Positions 45,882 through 56,529 are shown, numbered from the stretch's first letter. The stretch: 59,621 bases of DNA from a virus (IMGVR_UViG_3300049926_000063:1-59621), one strand, 5' to 3'. The notes: generated by a model not told the origin, from the sequence alone. Translations and numbers: made by a program.

Positions 45882-46250
45882 TTAGGTGATAGCAGCCGTG
45901 AAGGAACCGGACGATTGGGCAGTCACCGACACACGGGCCGCGTCCTCGATGTCCTGCGTTGGATCGATGGACTCCACAATCGCCGATAGGGTCAACGTGA
46001 TGGCACTCGAAAACTTGCACACGAACACATAGGTAGCCCCCGCCGTCAGAGGCATGTTCCCACCGTCATATGGACCATCGAGGGTCAACGTTGCGGACAG
46101 CAAGCCGGTTACAAGCTGCTGGTAGACGCTCGTGAAGTTGTTGACCTTGGGCAAGCCAGACTTGAAACTCAGCTTCCACTTGCCGAATGCGTAGGTCACA
46201 CCGCCAACGGTTGTACTTCCGGCGATCCCGCTGATCGGATTGAACGGCAT
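45882..46250 (-). CDS. Tail tube protein
   Basis: 122 aa beta-rich; precedes the chaperones. Confidence 0.7.
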   Translation of the reverse strand: MPFNPISGIAGSTTVGGVTYAFGKWKLSFKSGLPKVNNFTSVYQQLVTGLLSATLTLDGPYDGGNMPLTAGATYVFVCKFSSAITLTLSAIVESIDPTQDIEDAARVSVTAQSSGSFTAAIT

Positions 46251-46266
46251 GGCGTTGCTCCTTCAA

Positions 46267-46677
46267 TTAGGCGTGGACAACGCCAGTCGCTTGCTTCGTA
46301 ACAACGATGATCGCGGCGGTCGTCGCGTAGCCGACAATCGAAAGGTAGTTGGTGCTCGCGATGTCCGCCACGGGGCAAATGCCCCCGGCGGTTGCACTCA
46401 CTATGTAAACGGTCCCCGCAACGACGGTGCCCCCAATTGTGAGGGTGCCTCCAATTTGAACCACGACATTCTGACCGGCCGATGAACCAGTTGTGGCAAT
46501 TCCGGCAATGGCAGCTTCAGCCGCCGTGCCGTCCATCTGAGACTTCCAATATCGACCGTCGGAAGACTTCAAATAGACGGCCATGCCCGCTGTAATGGTT
46601 TCCCCAGAAATTCCATTCAGAGGCTGAGCATCTGCTCCCGGAACAACATTCGCTGGGGTAATACTTACATCCGCCAT
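46267..46677 (-). CDS. Decoration/cement-like virion protein
   Basis: GETITAGMAVY...GIA...AGQ...Y.VS.TAGGI.P..D. Confidence 0.6.
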   Translation of the reverse strand: MADVSITPANVVPGADAQPLNGISGETITAGMAVYLKSSDGRYWKSQMDGTAAEAAIAGIATTGSSAGQNVVVQIGGTLTIGGTVVAGTVYIVSATAGGICPVADIASTNYLSIVGYATTAAIIVVTKQATGVVHA

Positions 46678-46689
46678 CTCGAAGCCTCC

Positions 46690-47196
46690 CTAAAATCCTT
46701 CACCGACTAGAGCAACCTGCGTTTTGAACTTTTGACGGAGCTTGTGGACCCGTTGGTCCAAGTAATCGAAACCCGCGTAGCTGTGCTGATCCGTCGTTGG
46801 CACGGCAGACATCCACTGATAGGGCGTCGTCAACGTCAGCGTCGCAAAGGCCAATCCGTTCCTTGCGTTCGGCTTAAGCCCATTCCAGAGAATCGCGCCC
46901 ATCGCCGTGTCGCAATCCCCGAGCGACACATAGTAGACTTCCAAAGCGAATGCACCGTTCAGTATCGCGTTCTGGCCCGGCGTTCCGCTGTCAGTTCCAA
47001 ACGTCCATTTGGACGTCCCCCCAAGATCCTCAATGATCGTGTAAGGCACTCGCTGTTGGCTCCCCGTTGCTCCCTCCTGCGGTGCCTCATCCAACCAAAT
47101 CGGCGGCCTCGATGTACTCAGCCCGCCAGGGAACAATGTCGCCGTGAGCGTCTCGTACTTCGCAACGATGGCCGCGATCACGCTCCCCGATGGCAC
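46690..47196 (-). CDS. Tail terminator-like protein
   Basis: Position; DEAP...PY.I motif. Confidence 0.55.
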   Translation of the reverse strand: MPSGSVIAAIVAKYETLTATLFPGGLSTSRPPIWLDEAPQEGATGSQQRVPYTIIEDLGGTSKWTFGTDSGTPGQNAILNGAFALEVYYVSLGDCDTAMGAILWNGLKPNARNGLAFATLTLTTPYQWMSAVPTTDQHSYAGFDYLDQRVHKLRQKFKTQVALVGEGF

Positions 47197-47209
47197 AGTC
47201 GGCCTCCAC

Positions 47210-47560
47210 TCAAAGCAACTGGCTCACGTCCAAATAGGTCAACGCTGGTATCGTCCCCATGGCGCTCACCCGCCCGCTTCGAATCCCCTCGATCTTGAAG
47301 CTCGCCCCGGTGTCGTCGGCGACTACCTTCCACCCGTTTTGTGGAGTGGCTGTCAAGGCACTGGACAAGATCCCGATCGTGTGCGTTACAGCTATCTGCA
47401 TCTGCGCGAACAGCAGCCGCGTGTTAGCGCTAGCTGTGTTAATCAGGCACGGGCAGGCGGCCTGCTCTAGATGGTACGTCGTCTTCGTTCCCGCCCCGGC
47501 ATCCTTCGCGTTCGTGCTGCTGTAGAGGCTGATCGCGTGTGGGGGGTCGTCGTACAGCAT
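47210..47560 (-). CDS. Head closure protein
   Basis: Position and size; THTI...FKIEGI. Confidence 0.6.
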   Translation of the reverse strand: MLYDDPPHAISLYSSTNAKDAGAGTKTTYHLEQAACPCLINTASANTRLLFAQMQIAVTHTIGILSSALTATPQNGWKVVADDTGASFKIEGIRSGRVSAMGTIPALTYLDVSQLL

Positions 47561-47570
47561 CGCACATTAC

Positions 47571-48302
47571 TCACGGCCGAATGCCCGTTGGGACTATCGG
47601 CTCCCGATAAGCAGCCAGCAGCTGCCTCGTCGTCCCAAGGCCCGGCATCTGCAGCGCCCCGTAGGCTTCCACTTGCATGGCATCAAGCGAATAGGAGTCA
47701 CCGTTCCATGATTCCGAATTCACCACCATGCCACCGAGTTTCGCATTCCGTCGCAACCACGCCGCAAGTTCAATGACCGCCATTTGCAAGTCGGCCGGGA
47801 TCGCCGCGTAACCGTTGGTATAAGTCACCTTCACGCATCCCGGAATTCTCGGCCAGTACGCAGGCGTCACACCCCAGTTTCGCAAGCCACCCCAGTAAAG
47901 AGTCGGGCCTTGTGGCGATCCTCCCGGAGGCATCGCCCACCACCACCCATTGGTCAATGGCTGGCGCATCCGAAGAATACCGCAGGCATAATCGACTAGG
48001 TAGTTAGTCCCTAGTGTCAGGACTGTATCAGTCCCAAAGGTATCGGGAATCTGACCCCATCCACCCGCGCCATCGACCCGGATTTCACTGACACTCAAAG
48101 ACACCGGCAAGCCCGGCATCACGATTTCATTAACCCCAGAACCATCTAGGTACTTAACCGTCCCTGTCACTAGCTCGGGGTTCCACCGCAGGTATTTCTT
48201 GACTGCGGCATCGGCAGCGGAGACAAACATCTGGTCCGCGCCCGATCCCAAGCTGCCAACACCGACTGCCGCCTGGAATGTCGGGAGTTGAACGAGGGCC
48301 AT
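47571..48302 (-). CDS. Head-tail connector (gp6-like)
   Basis: VKVTYTNGY..IPADLQMAV, LAAYR. Confidence 0.75.
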   Translation of the reverse strand: MALVQLPTFQAAVGVGSLGSGADQMFVSAADAAVKKYLRWNPELVTGTVKYLDGSGVNEIVMPGLPVSLSVSEIRVDGAGGWGQIPDTFGTDTVLTLGTNYLVDYACGILRMRQPLTNGWWWAMPPGGSPQGPTLYWGGLRNWGVTPAYWPRIPGCVKVTYTNGYAAIPADLQMAVIELAAWLRRNAKLGGMVVNSESWNGDSYSLDAMQVEAYGALQMPGLGTTRQLLAAYREPIVPTGIRP

Positions 48303-48322
48303 GAATAATCAGCCCTCCCCAC

Positions 48323-49093
48323 TTAGGCAGCCACGGCTTTCAGAACCGCGAAATTGAACACGGGGGTTTCCGTGGTCGTGCCGCCCGTGGTGAACGAGGT
48401 AATCTTGAATGAGCCGGCGGCGACGGCCGTCACGAATATCTCGTAAAGATCTGTGCCGGATTTTTGGCTCACAATCACAGTGTCCGTTGCCGCGACGGTG
48501 GAGTTCGTGACGGTAAACGATGCTGGTGTGGCCGAGCCCGCTGCGGAAATGAGCGTGATCGCCCCGCATACGTCGTTGAGCGTAACGCCCGTGGTTCGAT
48601 TGGTGCCTTGCGTGACGGCACCACCAGCCCCAGTCGCGTAGCCGACGCCGCCCGTGGCGCTCGAACTCGTGACCGCTCCACTCGCGGCCACGCTCGTCGG
48701 TGTGGCGCTAACAGATGCACCATTCAGCGGTGCAATCGGGGCGGTCGTCCAGACGCCGGTTTTCACGGTCATCGGGCACGAGCCAGAGGAAAAGGCAGTC
48801 GCCAGGAACCGTACCGCCGTCATGCCTTCGATGTTGAAAATCCGCCCGTACTTCGGCGTGGACGTGCTGATCGTGATTGTCGTGCCTGCGGTGATGATCG
48901 CGCCCGTGGAATCGTAGCTGGCACAATCAATCCACGAGGTTCCATCTGGGGATACCTGAGTCTTGCCGGTGATGCCGACGTAGGTTCCAGCACCGGCAAA
49001 CCAGACGGCTTCGGTGTCCGTCACGGCCAATGTCGTCGGGCACGAAGTGCTCGTCGTCGTAATGCTCGTCGTCGTGCTGCTGCCTTGTGCCAT
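48323..49093 (-). CDS. Thr/Ser-rich head-associated protein
   Basis: GGAVTQ.T.RTTGVTLN motif; position after the capsid gene. Confidence 0.55.
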   Translation of the reverse strand: MAQGSSTTTSITTTSTSCPTTLAVTDTEAVWFAGAGTYVGITGKTQVSPDGTSWIDCASYDSTGAIITAGTTITISTSTPKYGRIFNIEGMTAVRFLATAFSSGSCPMTVKTGVWTTAPIAPLNGASVSATPTSVAASGAVTSSSATGGVGYATGAGGAVTQGTNRTTGVTLNDVCGAITLISAAGSATPASFTVTNSTVAATDTVIVSQKSGTDLYEIFVTAVAAGSFKITSFTTGGTTTETPVFNFAVLKAVAA

Positions 49094-49145
49094 GATCGAG
49101 GGCTCCGAGAAGAAGAAGACGAAGAGCGCGAAGTGTCGCGCTTGT

Positions 49146-49544
49146 TTACTGACTGATGTACTTCAATTGTTCCATCACGTTGGCGCTGTAGTATCCGCCC
49201 GTACCGGGGCTGCCGGTCACAGTGCTGACCACACGCACATATCGCAGCGTCCGCTGAAACGAGACGTATTGCACGGAGCCTGCGGTCGTGGTGGAACTCA
49301 GCACGATCGCCGAGTCATCGGGGATCGTTATTGTTGAGAAAGTCGAGTTGTCCGCCGACTCCTGCACACTGATCGTGTGCGTGCCGTCCGTGATGGCACC
49401 GGCGGTGACTTCGACGGAGCAGAGCCCATCGCCGTTCAAAAGGTCAACGCCCGTCCCGGTCTGGGTGGTCGTGATAATCACTGCGGGATTGATGCTCGCC
49501 GCAACGACGAGATTCGTTTTCGGGTCATGAAAGAACATCGACAT
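49146..49544 (-). CDS. Capsid cement/decoration protein (Bbp16-like)
   Basis: VQESADNSTF...RYVR. Confidence 0.6.
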   Translation of the reverse strand: MSMFFHDPKTNLVVAASINPAVIITTTQTGTGVDLLNGDGLCSVEVTAGAITDGTHTISVQESADNSTFSTITIPDDSAIVLSSTTTAGSVQYVSFQRTLRYVRVVSTVTGSPGTGGYYSANVMEQLKYISQ

Positions 49545-49584
49545 TAGCAGGCTCCGAAAGAGTGATCGAGTGTATGGCCTTTTC

Positions 49585-51009
49585 TCACGCGATGGTGATT
49601 GCGTCGGCGAAGGCGAACGATGCCGCGTGCCGAGGGCCGGCGTCGATGAACTGGAAGCAGTAGATTTCCGTAGTCATCGTGCTCATGAGCGAGTACGGGT
49701 TCACCATGAATTCCATCACACCCAATCGGCCCACCAGCCAGTCGGGGAAATACCCAAGAATGACGTAGGTCTGAGCTCCCGATCCCCGCGTCGCCGAGAC
49801 CTGGCTCGACCACACAACCTTGCTGCCGTCGAGCGTTCCGGCAGCAGACAGGCCACCGTCCGAAATGTCGCGTGAGAATCCGTTGAATACGAACGCGCCA
49901 GCCTGATCGCCTGGGATCGGACCGTCCGCGCGACGATTCCGGAGCTTCGCCCACATATTCTTCCGCATGACGAATGCGTTGGGAGTCACTTCGTCGGGCA
50001 GAATCGCCCACATGCCAGCCACGTCTTGCGGCGAGAACGTACTGCCAGCACCTGTCACGCTGTACGCCAGCAACTTATCCACGTTCTGCGTCCAGACCGT
50101 GGCGGTCGGGTAAGTGATGAGCCCCTTGATCTGCGTTCCGCCCGTGCCCTGGAGTTGGGCCAGGTCGGCCAGCAACGCCCCTTGTCGCGCCATGTCCATA
50201 CGGACCATGCCATCGACGTTGGAGTCCGAGAACCGCATGAGTTCCACAGTCAGCGGAACTCGCAGAGCCGCCTTCTTCGCCGAGAGGCTAAGGCTCCCAG
50301 TAACTTCCTGACTGGCGGTCACGCTTGCCGTCTCACCGACCCAGTAGGCCGTTGCCCCGCCGGTCAGTTTCGGATACTGCATCATCCCATTGGGCGGCAG
50401 CGTCACGTTCGTTGCGCCTACGCTGCTGAAAACCTCGAGGTTGCGCTGGAGGTCGATCAAATCACCGAGCGTCGGCGGCGCGACCGTGCTTCCACCCGTG
50501 AGGTCGGAAAGTGTGTTCAGGCTCTTCGTCGCGAGGTTCGACAGATCCCCGTTGCCGTTCGCGTGATGTCGCAGTTCGTCGGGATCAAGACCCTTGACCG
50601 TGAGAATCCGCTGGTTGATCTCCTTCCGGAGCATGTCCGCGCCGGGGATGTCGAAGCCCTTCGGCGTGTGCGTCGGGAGGAAGCCGCACGAAGCGGGCAC
50701 AAGAAGCCGCCCGATCGGTCGGTTTTCGAACGGGTAGAACGCGCCGTAAATATCGCCGATCTTCTTGGAGAGTTGAACTGCCTCGCGAACATCCGGGTCC
50801 GTTTCGTCAATTTGGCCCGCACAGTACGCGATTGCCTTTTGCACACTCACGCCGGCCGAGGAATCCGACAGCCGACCCTCGCGAACGGTGGGAGCGTTGT
50901 TGATGAGTTTCGCGATGGTGCCCGCGCCCTTGGTGCGCGCCCCAGTGACGGGCTTGGTGGTCAGGGCTTGCGCGGCGGCGATTGCTTCCTTCAGCTTCGA
51001 CATGGGCAC
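49585..51009 (-). CDS. Major capsid protein (HK97 fold)
   Basis: TGG..V.P, AYWVGE, LSAKK, ELMRFS, LQGTG...KGL. Confidence 0.9.
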   Translation of the reverse strand: MPMSKLKEAIAAAQALTTKPVTGARTKGAGTIAKLINNAPTVREGRLSDSSAGVSVQKAIAYCAGQIDETDPDVREAVQLSKKIGDIYGAFYPFENRPIGRLLVPASCGFLPTHTPKGFDIPGADMLRKEINQRILTVKGLDPDELRHHANGNGDLSNLATKSLNTLSDLTGGSTVAPPTLGDLIDLQRNLEVFSSVGATNVTLPPNGMMQYPKLTGGATAYWVGETASVTASQEVTGSLSLSAKKAALRVPLTVELMRFSDSNVDGMVRMDMARQGALLADLAQLQGTGGTQIKGLITYPTATVWTQNVDKLLAYSVTGAGSTFSPQDVAGMWAILPDEVTPNAFVMRKNMWAKLRNRRADGPIPGDQAGAFVFNGFSRDISDGGLSAAGTLDGSKVVWSSQVSATRGSGAQTYVILGYFPDWLVGRLGVMEFMVNPYSLMSTMTTEIYCFQFIDAGPRHAASFAFADAITIA

Positions 51010-51089
51010 GGCTCTCCGGTGATGTCACCAGGGGGCCGTGCTAGCTGCTTTCGCAGGGCTTCGGATGCCGCAGGGGAACTGTTTGTCGT

Positions 51090-51338
51090 CTAGCGGCTTC
51101 CCCGCCCGCAAGCGGGTAGAGTCGCCAGTGTCAATCCGTATGAAACAAGTGGCCCGGTCATAGTCACGATACTAGGCGGCGATTCAGTGCAGTAGCCTCG
51201 TCGTTCGTCGGCAAGGAATCCTAGATCGCCTTCCTTGATTTCCTTCCACCACCTGCATTCGCTGCACGTCGAAGGACGCGAACCAGCATCGTGATCCGTT
51301 TTCGCCGCCACCTGCTGCGGTCGATTGCCTTTACTCAC
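51090..51338 (-). CDS. Small four-Cys protein
   Basis: CSECRWW...GYCTESPP...ACG. Confidence 0.55.
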   Translation of the reverse strand: MSKGNRPQQVAAKTDHDAGSRPSTCSECRWWKEIKEGDLGFLADERRGYCTESPPSIVTMTGPLVSYGLTLATLPACGRGSR

Positions 51339-51508
51339 GGTCTTACCTTCACGAGCTCGGTAACAACCTTCGGCGGCCCGTTGGGTGTCCCTTCCCGAAC
51401 GTTCACAATCACGCTCACGGTGCCTGTGCTCCCATCCTTCGCCGAGAGGATCGCGGCATCGAGGGCTTTGTGAGCCAGGGCAACAGAGTCGGGCTTCGTG
51501 TCACTCAT
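51335..51508 (-). CDS. Small protein (57 aa, not in ORF track)
   Basis: ATGA/GTGA overlaps at both ends; GTVSVIVNVREG. Confidence 0.55.
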   Translation of the reverse strand: MSDTKPDSVALAHKALDAAILSAKDGSTGTVSVIVNVREGTPNGPPKVVTELVKVRP

Positions 51509-52662
51509 CGGGCGGCAATGACCTCCGCGACTTCTTCCACGGTCGGTCGGTCAGCGAGTGCCGCTTCGAGTTGATCGATTCGCGCCTGTTGAGCGACGAT
51601 CTGCGAAGACAGGCTCTCCTGCTGATCGGCGTAGCCCTTCATCACCAACTCAGCCTCTTCCTTCGCGACCTCGCGGAAAGCCTTCTCGACTTCCTCCGGC
51701 TCGTCCCGCTTTTCTGATTCCGATTCGTCGCCCTCATCGTCCCCGCTCTCCAAACCCTTGTACTTCATGTGGTCGGAGTGGGCCGTCTTGATGCACTTCA
51801 TGCACTTCTTGTGCTCTTCCGGATCGTCCGTCTCGAACATCTTCGCAAGATAGCCCTTGGCGAGTTCGTGGAACATGACGCCGGAGGAATCGTCCGTGTC
51901 CTTCGACTTGCTGGATTCTTCGGCCTTTGTGCTGAGCGCCACGGCTACGGCCGCCACGTCAACGTTGGCCGGAATGACAGCAGTCGTCGCATTGTTCGCG
52001 ATGTCGCTTGGTTTGCTCACTGGTCCGGCTCCCGTGGGTGCGGATATAGTAACATCCCTAAATGCCTGCTCTGGGAAAAACGGCTTGAGAGATTTGGTCA
52101 CAAGATTGGAAACGCCCCTCTGCATCAGACCCGCCGCCGCTGGCATATTGATCCAGGCGAGAGCCAGAGCGCCAGGACAAGCCGGCACGGGGATGGCCGA
52201 TGTTTCCCGTAGCTCCCCGCCCGTGACGAGCTTGAGTTGCTTGCGGATGCCCCAGGCCGAGTGGGCCTTGTCCGCTGGAATCGTCCGGTAGCCATCTTTG
52301 ATGAAACCAACCGAAGCACCGCGAAGAACGCCTTGTCGATACAAGGACTCAATCTCTCTCGCTTGGGGCGTATCGGCGAAATACCACTCTTGGACCATCC
52401 GTGGCATCCCGCCGTTGTCTTCCACCCAACAGGTAAAGTTCCCCGCCGGGTCTTCGCATTTCGCAACGGGGAACTGCTTCTGATCGTGAGCCCAGAGGAC
52501 AATGGGGTTCTTGCGATAAGCATCCAAGCGAAGAGTTGATGGGTCAACTACTTCGCCGTCAGAGTCAGGTTCCGCGATGCTCGCGACGATACGCAGACAC
52601 CCCTTCACCTCGTCGTAGGCAGCTTCGCTGGTCGCGAGCTTTAGTGAGAGCGGAGCGGACAT
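51505..52662 (-). CDS. HK97-family prohead protease with acidic scaffold-like C-terminus
   Basis: DSDGEVV, NPIVLWAHD, GASVGF, ETSAIPVPA.P.AL. Confidence 0.9.
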   Translation of the reverse strand: MSAPLSLKLATSEAAYDEVKGCLRIVASIAEPDSDGEVVDPSTLRLDAYRKNPIVLWAHDQKQFPVAKCEDPAGNFTCWVEDNGGMPRMVQEWYFADTPQAREIESLYRQGVLRGASVGFIKDGYRTIPADKAHSAWGIRKQLKLVTGGELRETSAIPVPACPGALALAWINMPAAAGLMQRGVSNLVTKSLKPFFPEQAFRDVTISAPTGAGPVSKPSDIANNATTAVIPANVDVAAVAVALSTKAEESSKSKDTDDSSGVMFHELAKGYLAKMFETDDPEEHKKCMKCIKTAHSDHMKYKGLESGDDEGDESESEKRDEPEEVEKAFREVAKEEAELVMKGYADQQESLSSQIVAQQARIDQLEAALADRPTVEEVAEVIAAR

Positions 52663-52665
52663 GAC

Positions 52666-52887
52666 TCAGGAACCCTCCACAATAGCAGGCGAGGTGATCT
52701 CCGCTTCGCACCACAGCGCTTCAAGATTCTCTGGAATAGTGGCAATGGTCAGCACGTTGAACGGGCGGCTGTGCAGGTCGGTTACTTTAACGTAATCTGT
52801 CCCCACGAGGATCGTGCCGCTGAGTTTGTTCTCTGCGAAATACTTCTCAATTGCACAGCAAAGCTCGTATGCTCCGACCATGTTCAA
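52666..52887 (-). CDS. Hypothetical protein
   Basis: Overlap-coupled. Confidence 0.4.
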   Translation of the reverse strand: MNMVGAYELCCAIEKYFAENKLSGTILVGTDYVKVTDLHSRPFNVLTIATIPENLEALWCEAEITSPAIVEGS

Positions 52888-55154
52888 TGACTCCCATTAC
52901 GCGATGCGGCCAGTCGATGCCGCGTCGTCATTGCCCCGCCGTGAGTAGCCTCAGAATTCGGATTGCCCTGCGATCCATGAGCGTTGTAGGAATTCTCGTA
53001 GTCTAGCAGAGCCCCGAAGTCGAACGGGTCGAGGTGCTCATAACGCGATTCACTATTGAGGCGCTCCATCTCATTCTTCGCATGGCGCAGTAAGGATTCC
53101 GCCATCATCTCGCGTTTCTTGGCCTGTATCTTCTGGCCGTCTTCGTGTGTGGTAAACGACGCGGCGAGCTTGAGCCGAACCGAACGCAGCTCCTGCACCG
53201 TTAGGTGTGGTAGATGGTCAGCCAGTTCTGAAAAGTGGCTCGCCGGCACTGCCTCGCCACCACGACGCGCCGAACTGATTTCATTCGAAAGCGACTGAAC
53301 TTTCTTAAGCCTCTCGCTGCGATCCACCCGCTTGCGCTCGGCCTCTTCCTTGGCCTCACCGCGTTTAGTTCGCCCGGTATCCGTCTCGCCGCCAAGAGCC
53401 GCATCGATCTTCGGCCTTTCGTGGATCTTCTCTTTCGACAACCAGCGCCCGGCGTCGTCGCGCGGATGTTTAGCTGCGTCCCAGGACTTCGTTGCCAACG
53501 CCTCCGGATGCTCCAGCAAATACCGCAGGAACTCAGCAACCTCAGAGGCGTGCCCATTATCCGGATCGTGGTTCTTCGCTTCGATCAGGGCGTCAGCGTA
53601 GGCGAGTAGGACAACCTCGTTGTGTGCAACCGATTCCTCACCCTCATCCTCGCTCTTCATCCCCTTGAGTGAAACATCTGGCTCCGTATCGCCACCCATG
53701 TTGTCGAATGGTGCTGTGAGGCTAACCCCGTCTGGTCCAACTGCTCCCGCTGGCGCTTCCCCAGGATTCACGAGCCCACCGGCAACCAGCGGCCGGTCGT
53801 AAATCTCTTCTTCGAATGGTTCCAGTTGCAAAACATGGGTCCGATAATCATTCGGGGCAACGGCGTTGAGAACTCCGCCGATCTGGTAGTCCTGTCGCTG
53901 GGCATCGGGATCAATCGGCGTGTCGTCTTCGAAGAAGATTTTCGCATTCGAATCGAAGAGTTTAGCCAACTTCTCCGTCAGCACCGCAGCCCGTCGCCTT
54001 CTTCTGGGATCAATGGTAGCGATCCCGACATTTGCCATTGCCGCGATTGCAGCGGCCCGCGTCGTCACGCTCCCGAAACCCATCACGACTTCATCGAGCC
54101 CCCACTGGCCCATGATCCACTTGCGGGCCATGTCCACAGAGGACATGAATGCCAGCTCGTGATCGCCAGGCGGAGGAACCCACTGCAAGCCGCCTTCGAG
54201 GATGAGTGGCCGTCCGAAGTTGCCCACGCCGGCGTACTTGGTGAGGAAGCGGCTTTCGATCCGGTTGATCTGGGCATCATCGAGCGGAGCCGTGGCGACT
54301 GAGCTTTGCAGCACCCCGTTGACGTACACCCCGTTATCAAGGCCATAATTGCGAGCGGCAACCGTCTTTTCGTAGCTATCAACGGTATTCGCCATCGCTT
54401 GTAGGGGACTGGCAGCGTAAATCTTGCTCAGCGGGCTCGGCATCTTGTTCCAGATGATTTCGGCAGGATCGAAACGGACCACGCCAGAGGTTGACCCCCC
54501 GCGCGGCGATACCTCGAAGTAGTCAACGAGCTTCTCTTTCCCAAGGCAAATCGGCTTGATCCAGTTCGAGGGGATGACCCAGAGTTCACTCACCCTCCCC
54601 GCCCCATCCGTCACCATCCAAATGAAGTCTTCCCCACAGAGACAATTGAACAACTCCGCTTCATACCACAGGCTCACGCCAGTTTCCGGGTCGTTGGGGT
54701 TGCTGAGAAGCTGCACGAGGGGATCGGACTCATCAAGGAACTCATATTCCTCGTGTGCCTTGGCCGGCCCGATAGACTTCGTCTTCCACCATCGGGGCGC
54801 AAAGGCGCGAGCATCAGGCGGGGACGGCTCCCGCCCCAAGAGAAATGCTTTCTGCGCGAACTTGTATGACTTTTCTTCAACGGGGGAGACGGTGAGAACC
54901 GCAGTCGGTGGGGTCTTACTGATCCTCCCGCATATGTAGTCAATGCACCGATAGTTCCATTCGCGGAAGTGCTGGACTTGCTCGACCTTGCTATTCGGCT
55001 GGATGCCGTACCCGTTGGACCCCCAAGAGCCAACCATTCTCGCCATGCCCGGCTCGCCCGGTGGTACAGAGTTGCCCTTGTCGCTCTTCGTGGAAAACAA
55101 ATTCTTCCCGAAGGTAACAACGGAATCGTACAGACGGGCAAGTCGGCGAGGCAT
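52884..55154 (-). CDS. Portal protein with C-terminal extension
   Basis: LL.NPN, GEDF, ELWVIP, SPL.A, ILEGG; extension begins near WDAAKHPRDDAGRW. Confidence 0.9.
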   Translation of the reverse strand: MPRRLARLYDSVVTFGKNLFSTKSDKGNSVPPGEPGMARMVGSWGSNGYGIQPNSKVEQVQHFREWNYRCIDYICGRISKTPPTAVLTVSPVEEKSYKFAQKAFLLGREPSPPDARAFAPRWWKTKSIGPAKAHEEYEFLDESDPLVQLLSNPNDPETGVSLWYEAELFNCLCGEDFIWMVTDGAGRVSELWVIPSNWIKPICLGKEKLVDYFEVSPRGGSTSGVVRFDPAEIIWNKMPSPLSKIYAASPLQAMANTVDSYEKTVAARNYGLDNGVYVNGVLQSSVATAPLDDAQINRIESRFLTKYAGVGNFGRPLILEGGLQWVPPPGDHELAFMSSVDMARKWIMGQWGLDEVVMGFGSVTTRAAAIAAMANVGIATIDPRRRRRAAVLTEKLAKLFDSNAKIFFEDDTPIDPDAQRQDYQIGGVLNAVAPNDYRTHVLQLEPFEEEIYDRPLVAGGLVNPGEAPAGAVGPDGVSLTAPFDNMGGDTEPDVSLKGMKSEDEGEESVAHNEVVLLAYADALIEAKNHDPDNGHASEVAEFLRYLLEHPEALATKSWDAAKHPRDDAGRWLSKEKIHERPKIDAALGGETDTGRTKRGEAKEEAERKRVDRSERLKKVQSLSNEISSARRGGEAVPASHFSELADHLPHLTVQELRSVRLKLAASFTTHEDGQKIQAKKREMMAESLLRHAKNEMERLNSESRYEHLDPFDFGALLDYENSYNAHGSQGNPNSEATHGGAMTTRHRLAASRNGSH

Positions 55155-55191
55155 ATGGGGGTCTAGTGTAACGCGGGGGAATGCCTGCTGT

Positions 55192-56529
55192 TTAACGGAC
55201 GTTCGGCACGGGCAGCGTCAGCTCTGTAATACAGCCGCTACATGAATCCACAATGTCATCGTGATTGCCGAGCGGGAACCCCCGGTGCTCGTCCAAGAGT
55301 GGCTTATTCCACTCGGCCTGCACCATGCGGGCGTTGCCTGCCTCTATCTGCGCCCCCCACGGTTCCGCCCGTTCCGCCTTCCCACCCTTCGGGGAAACGG
55401 CGAACGCCGGCCATCCCGCGAGGTCGTCTGTCACAATCGACTCGGCTGCGATCTTCCCACTAGCCCCGCCTTCACGCTCGATGCGAATGGGCACCGAGCG
55501 ACCGTCCATGAGGGCCGTTTGTTTGATTAGCTGCCGAACCGCTTTCGGGCCGATCCGGTCTCGTCGCACATCCAGTATCCAAAAGCTCCCATCCTTGTGC
55601 CTTCCCATGAGCGTACCGACTGTCCAGTCTGGGTCCGCGCCGGCCTGCTTCTCCGTGGCCGCGAGATCCCAAAATCGAACACGGCGGGTGAACTGATCGG
55701 CGGTTGGCGCGGCAGGTATCACTTGGATGCGCTCTAGGTGCTTGAAGAACCCGCCTTCAATATCCATCGGAACTTGCTGATACTGCGCCGCGAACCACGT
55801 TGGCGATAGGTTACGTTTCTCTTCGAGGACAGCGATGGGATATCTTGTGGGCCACAAGGCTTCGCCTACTTTCCTCCCAAGAACATCCCCCTCTTTCGCG
55901 AGCGCCGGCAGTTCTATTTCTTTCCATCGCCCCGGCTCGTGGGCGCGAAACCTACCCGTCGGGTCGTCGGTGTGCCATCGTTGCGCCGTGTGTAATACCG
56001 CAGCTCCAGGTTCCAACCGCGAATACGCTGTGCTCACAATCCAGTCCCAGGTGTGCTCGCGAATTGTCGGTGAGCAGGCTTCCTCTGAATTCTTCAACAG
56101 GTCATCGAAGATCATCAGATCGGCACCCTTGCCGAGAATAGCGCCGCCGCGACCCGCAGTTTGCATTCCCCCGCCGTGCTTCGCGATCTCCCATCGATCC
56201 GCCGCTTTGCTATCACCCATCATGCTGACGCCAAAGTGCGGCCCCCAGCGGATAACCAAATCTCTGACCTTCCTTCCCCATTGGGCGGCAAAGCCGGCTT
56301 CATAGGAGCACAGCAGCACTCGCCGCCACGGATGCACCAACAGGAACCATGCGGGGAAGAACTGAGAAATGAGTATCGATTTGCCGTGCCGCGGCGGTGC
56401 CAGGATGTTCAACCGATCACATCGCCCCGCCGCCATCGATCGGAGGTTCTTGTTTATCAACCTTAGGTGCGGTGGAGTCTCCCACGAGCGGAGAGTGAGA
56501 GCCCCCAACTTAGCCGGACTGTCCACCAT
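55192..56529 (-). CDS. Terminase large subunit
   Basis: APPRHGKS, LMIFDD, QRWHTDD, AQYQQ.P, WDLAA, HDDIVDS. Confidence 0.95.
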   Translation of the reverse strand: MVDSPAKLGALTLRSWETPPHLRLINKNLRSMAAGRCDRLNILAPPRHGKSILISQFFPAWFLLVHPWRRVLLCSYEAGFAAQWGRKVRDLVIRWGPHFGVSMMGDSKAADRWEIAKHGGGMQTAGRGGAILGKGADLMIFDDLLKNSEEACSPTIREHTWDWIVSTAYSRLEPGAAVLHTAQRWHTDDPTGRFRAHEPGRWKEIELPALAKEGDVLGRKVGEALWPTRYPIAVLEEKRNLSPTWFAAQYQQVPMDIEGGFFKHLERIQVIPAAPTADQFTRRVRFWDLAATEKQAGADPDWTVGTLMGRHKDGSFWILDVRRDRIGPKAVRQLIKQTALMDGRSVPIRIEREGGASGKIAAESIVTDDLAGWPAFAVSPKGGKAERAEPWGAQIEAGNARMVQAEWNKPLLDEHRGFPLGNHDDIVDSCSGCITELTLPVPNVR

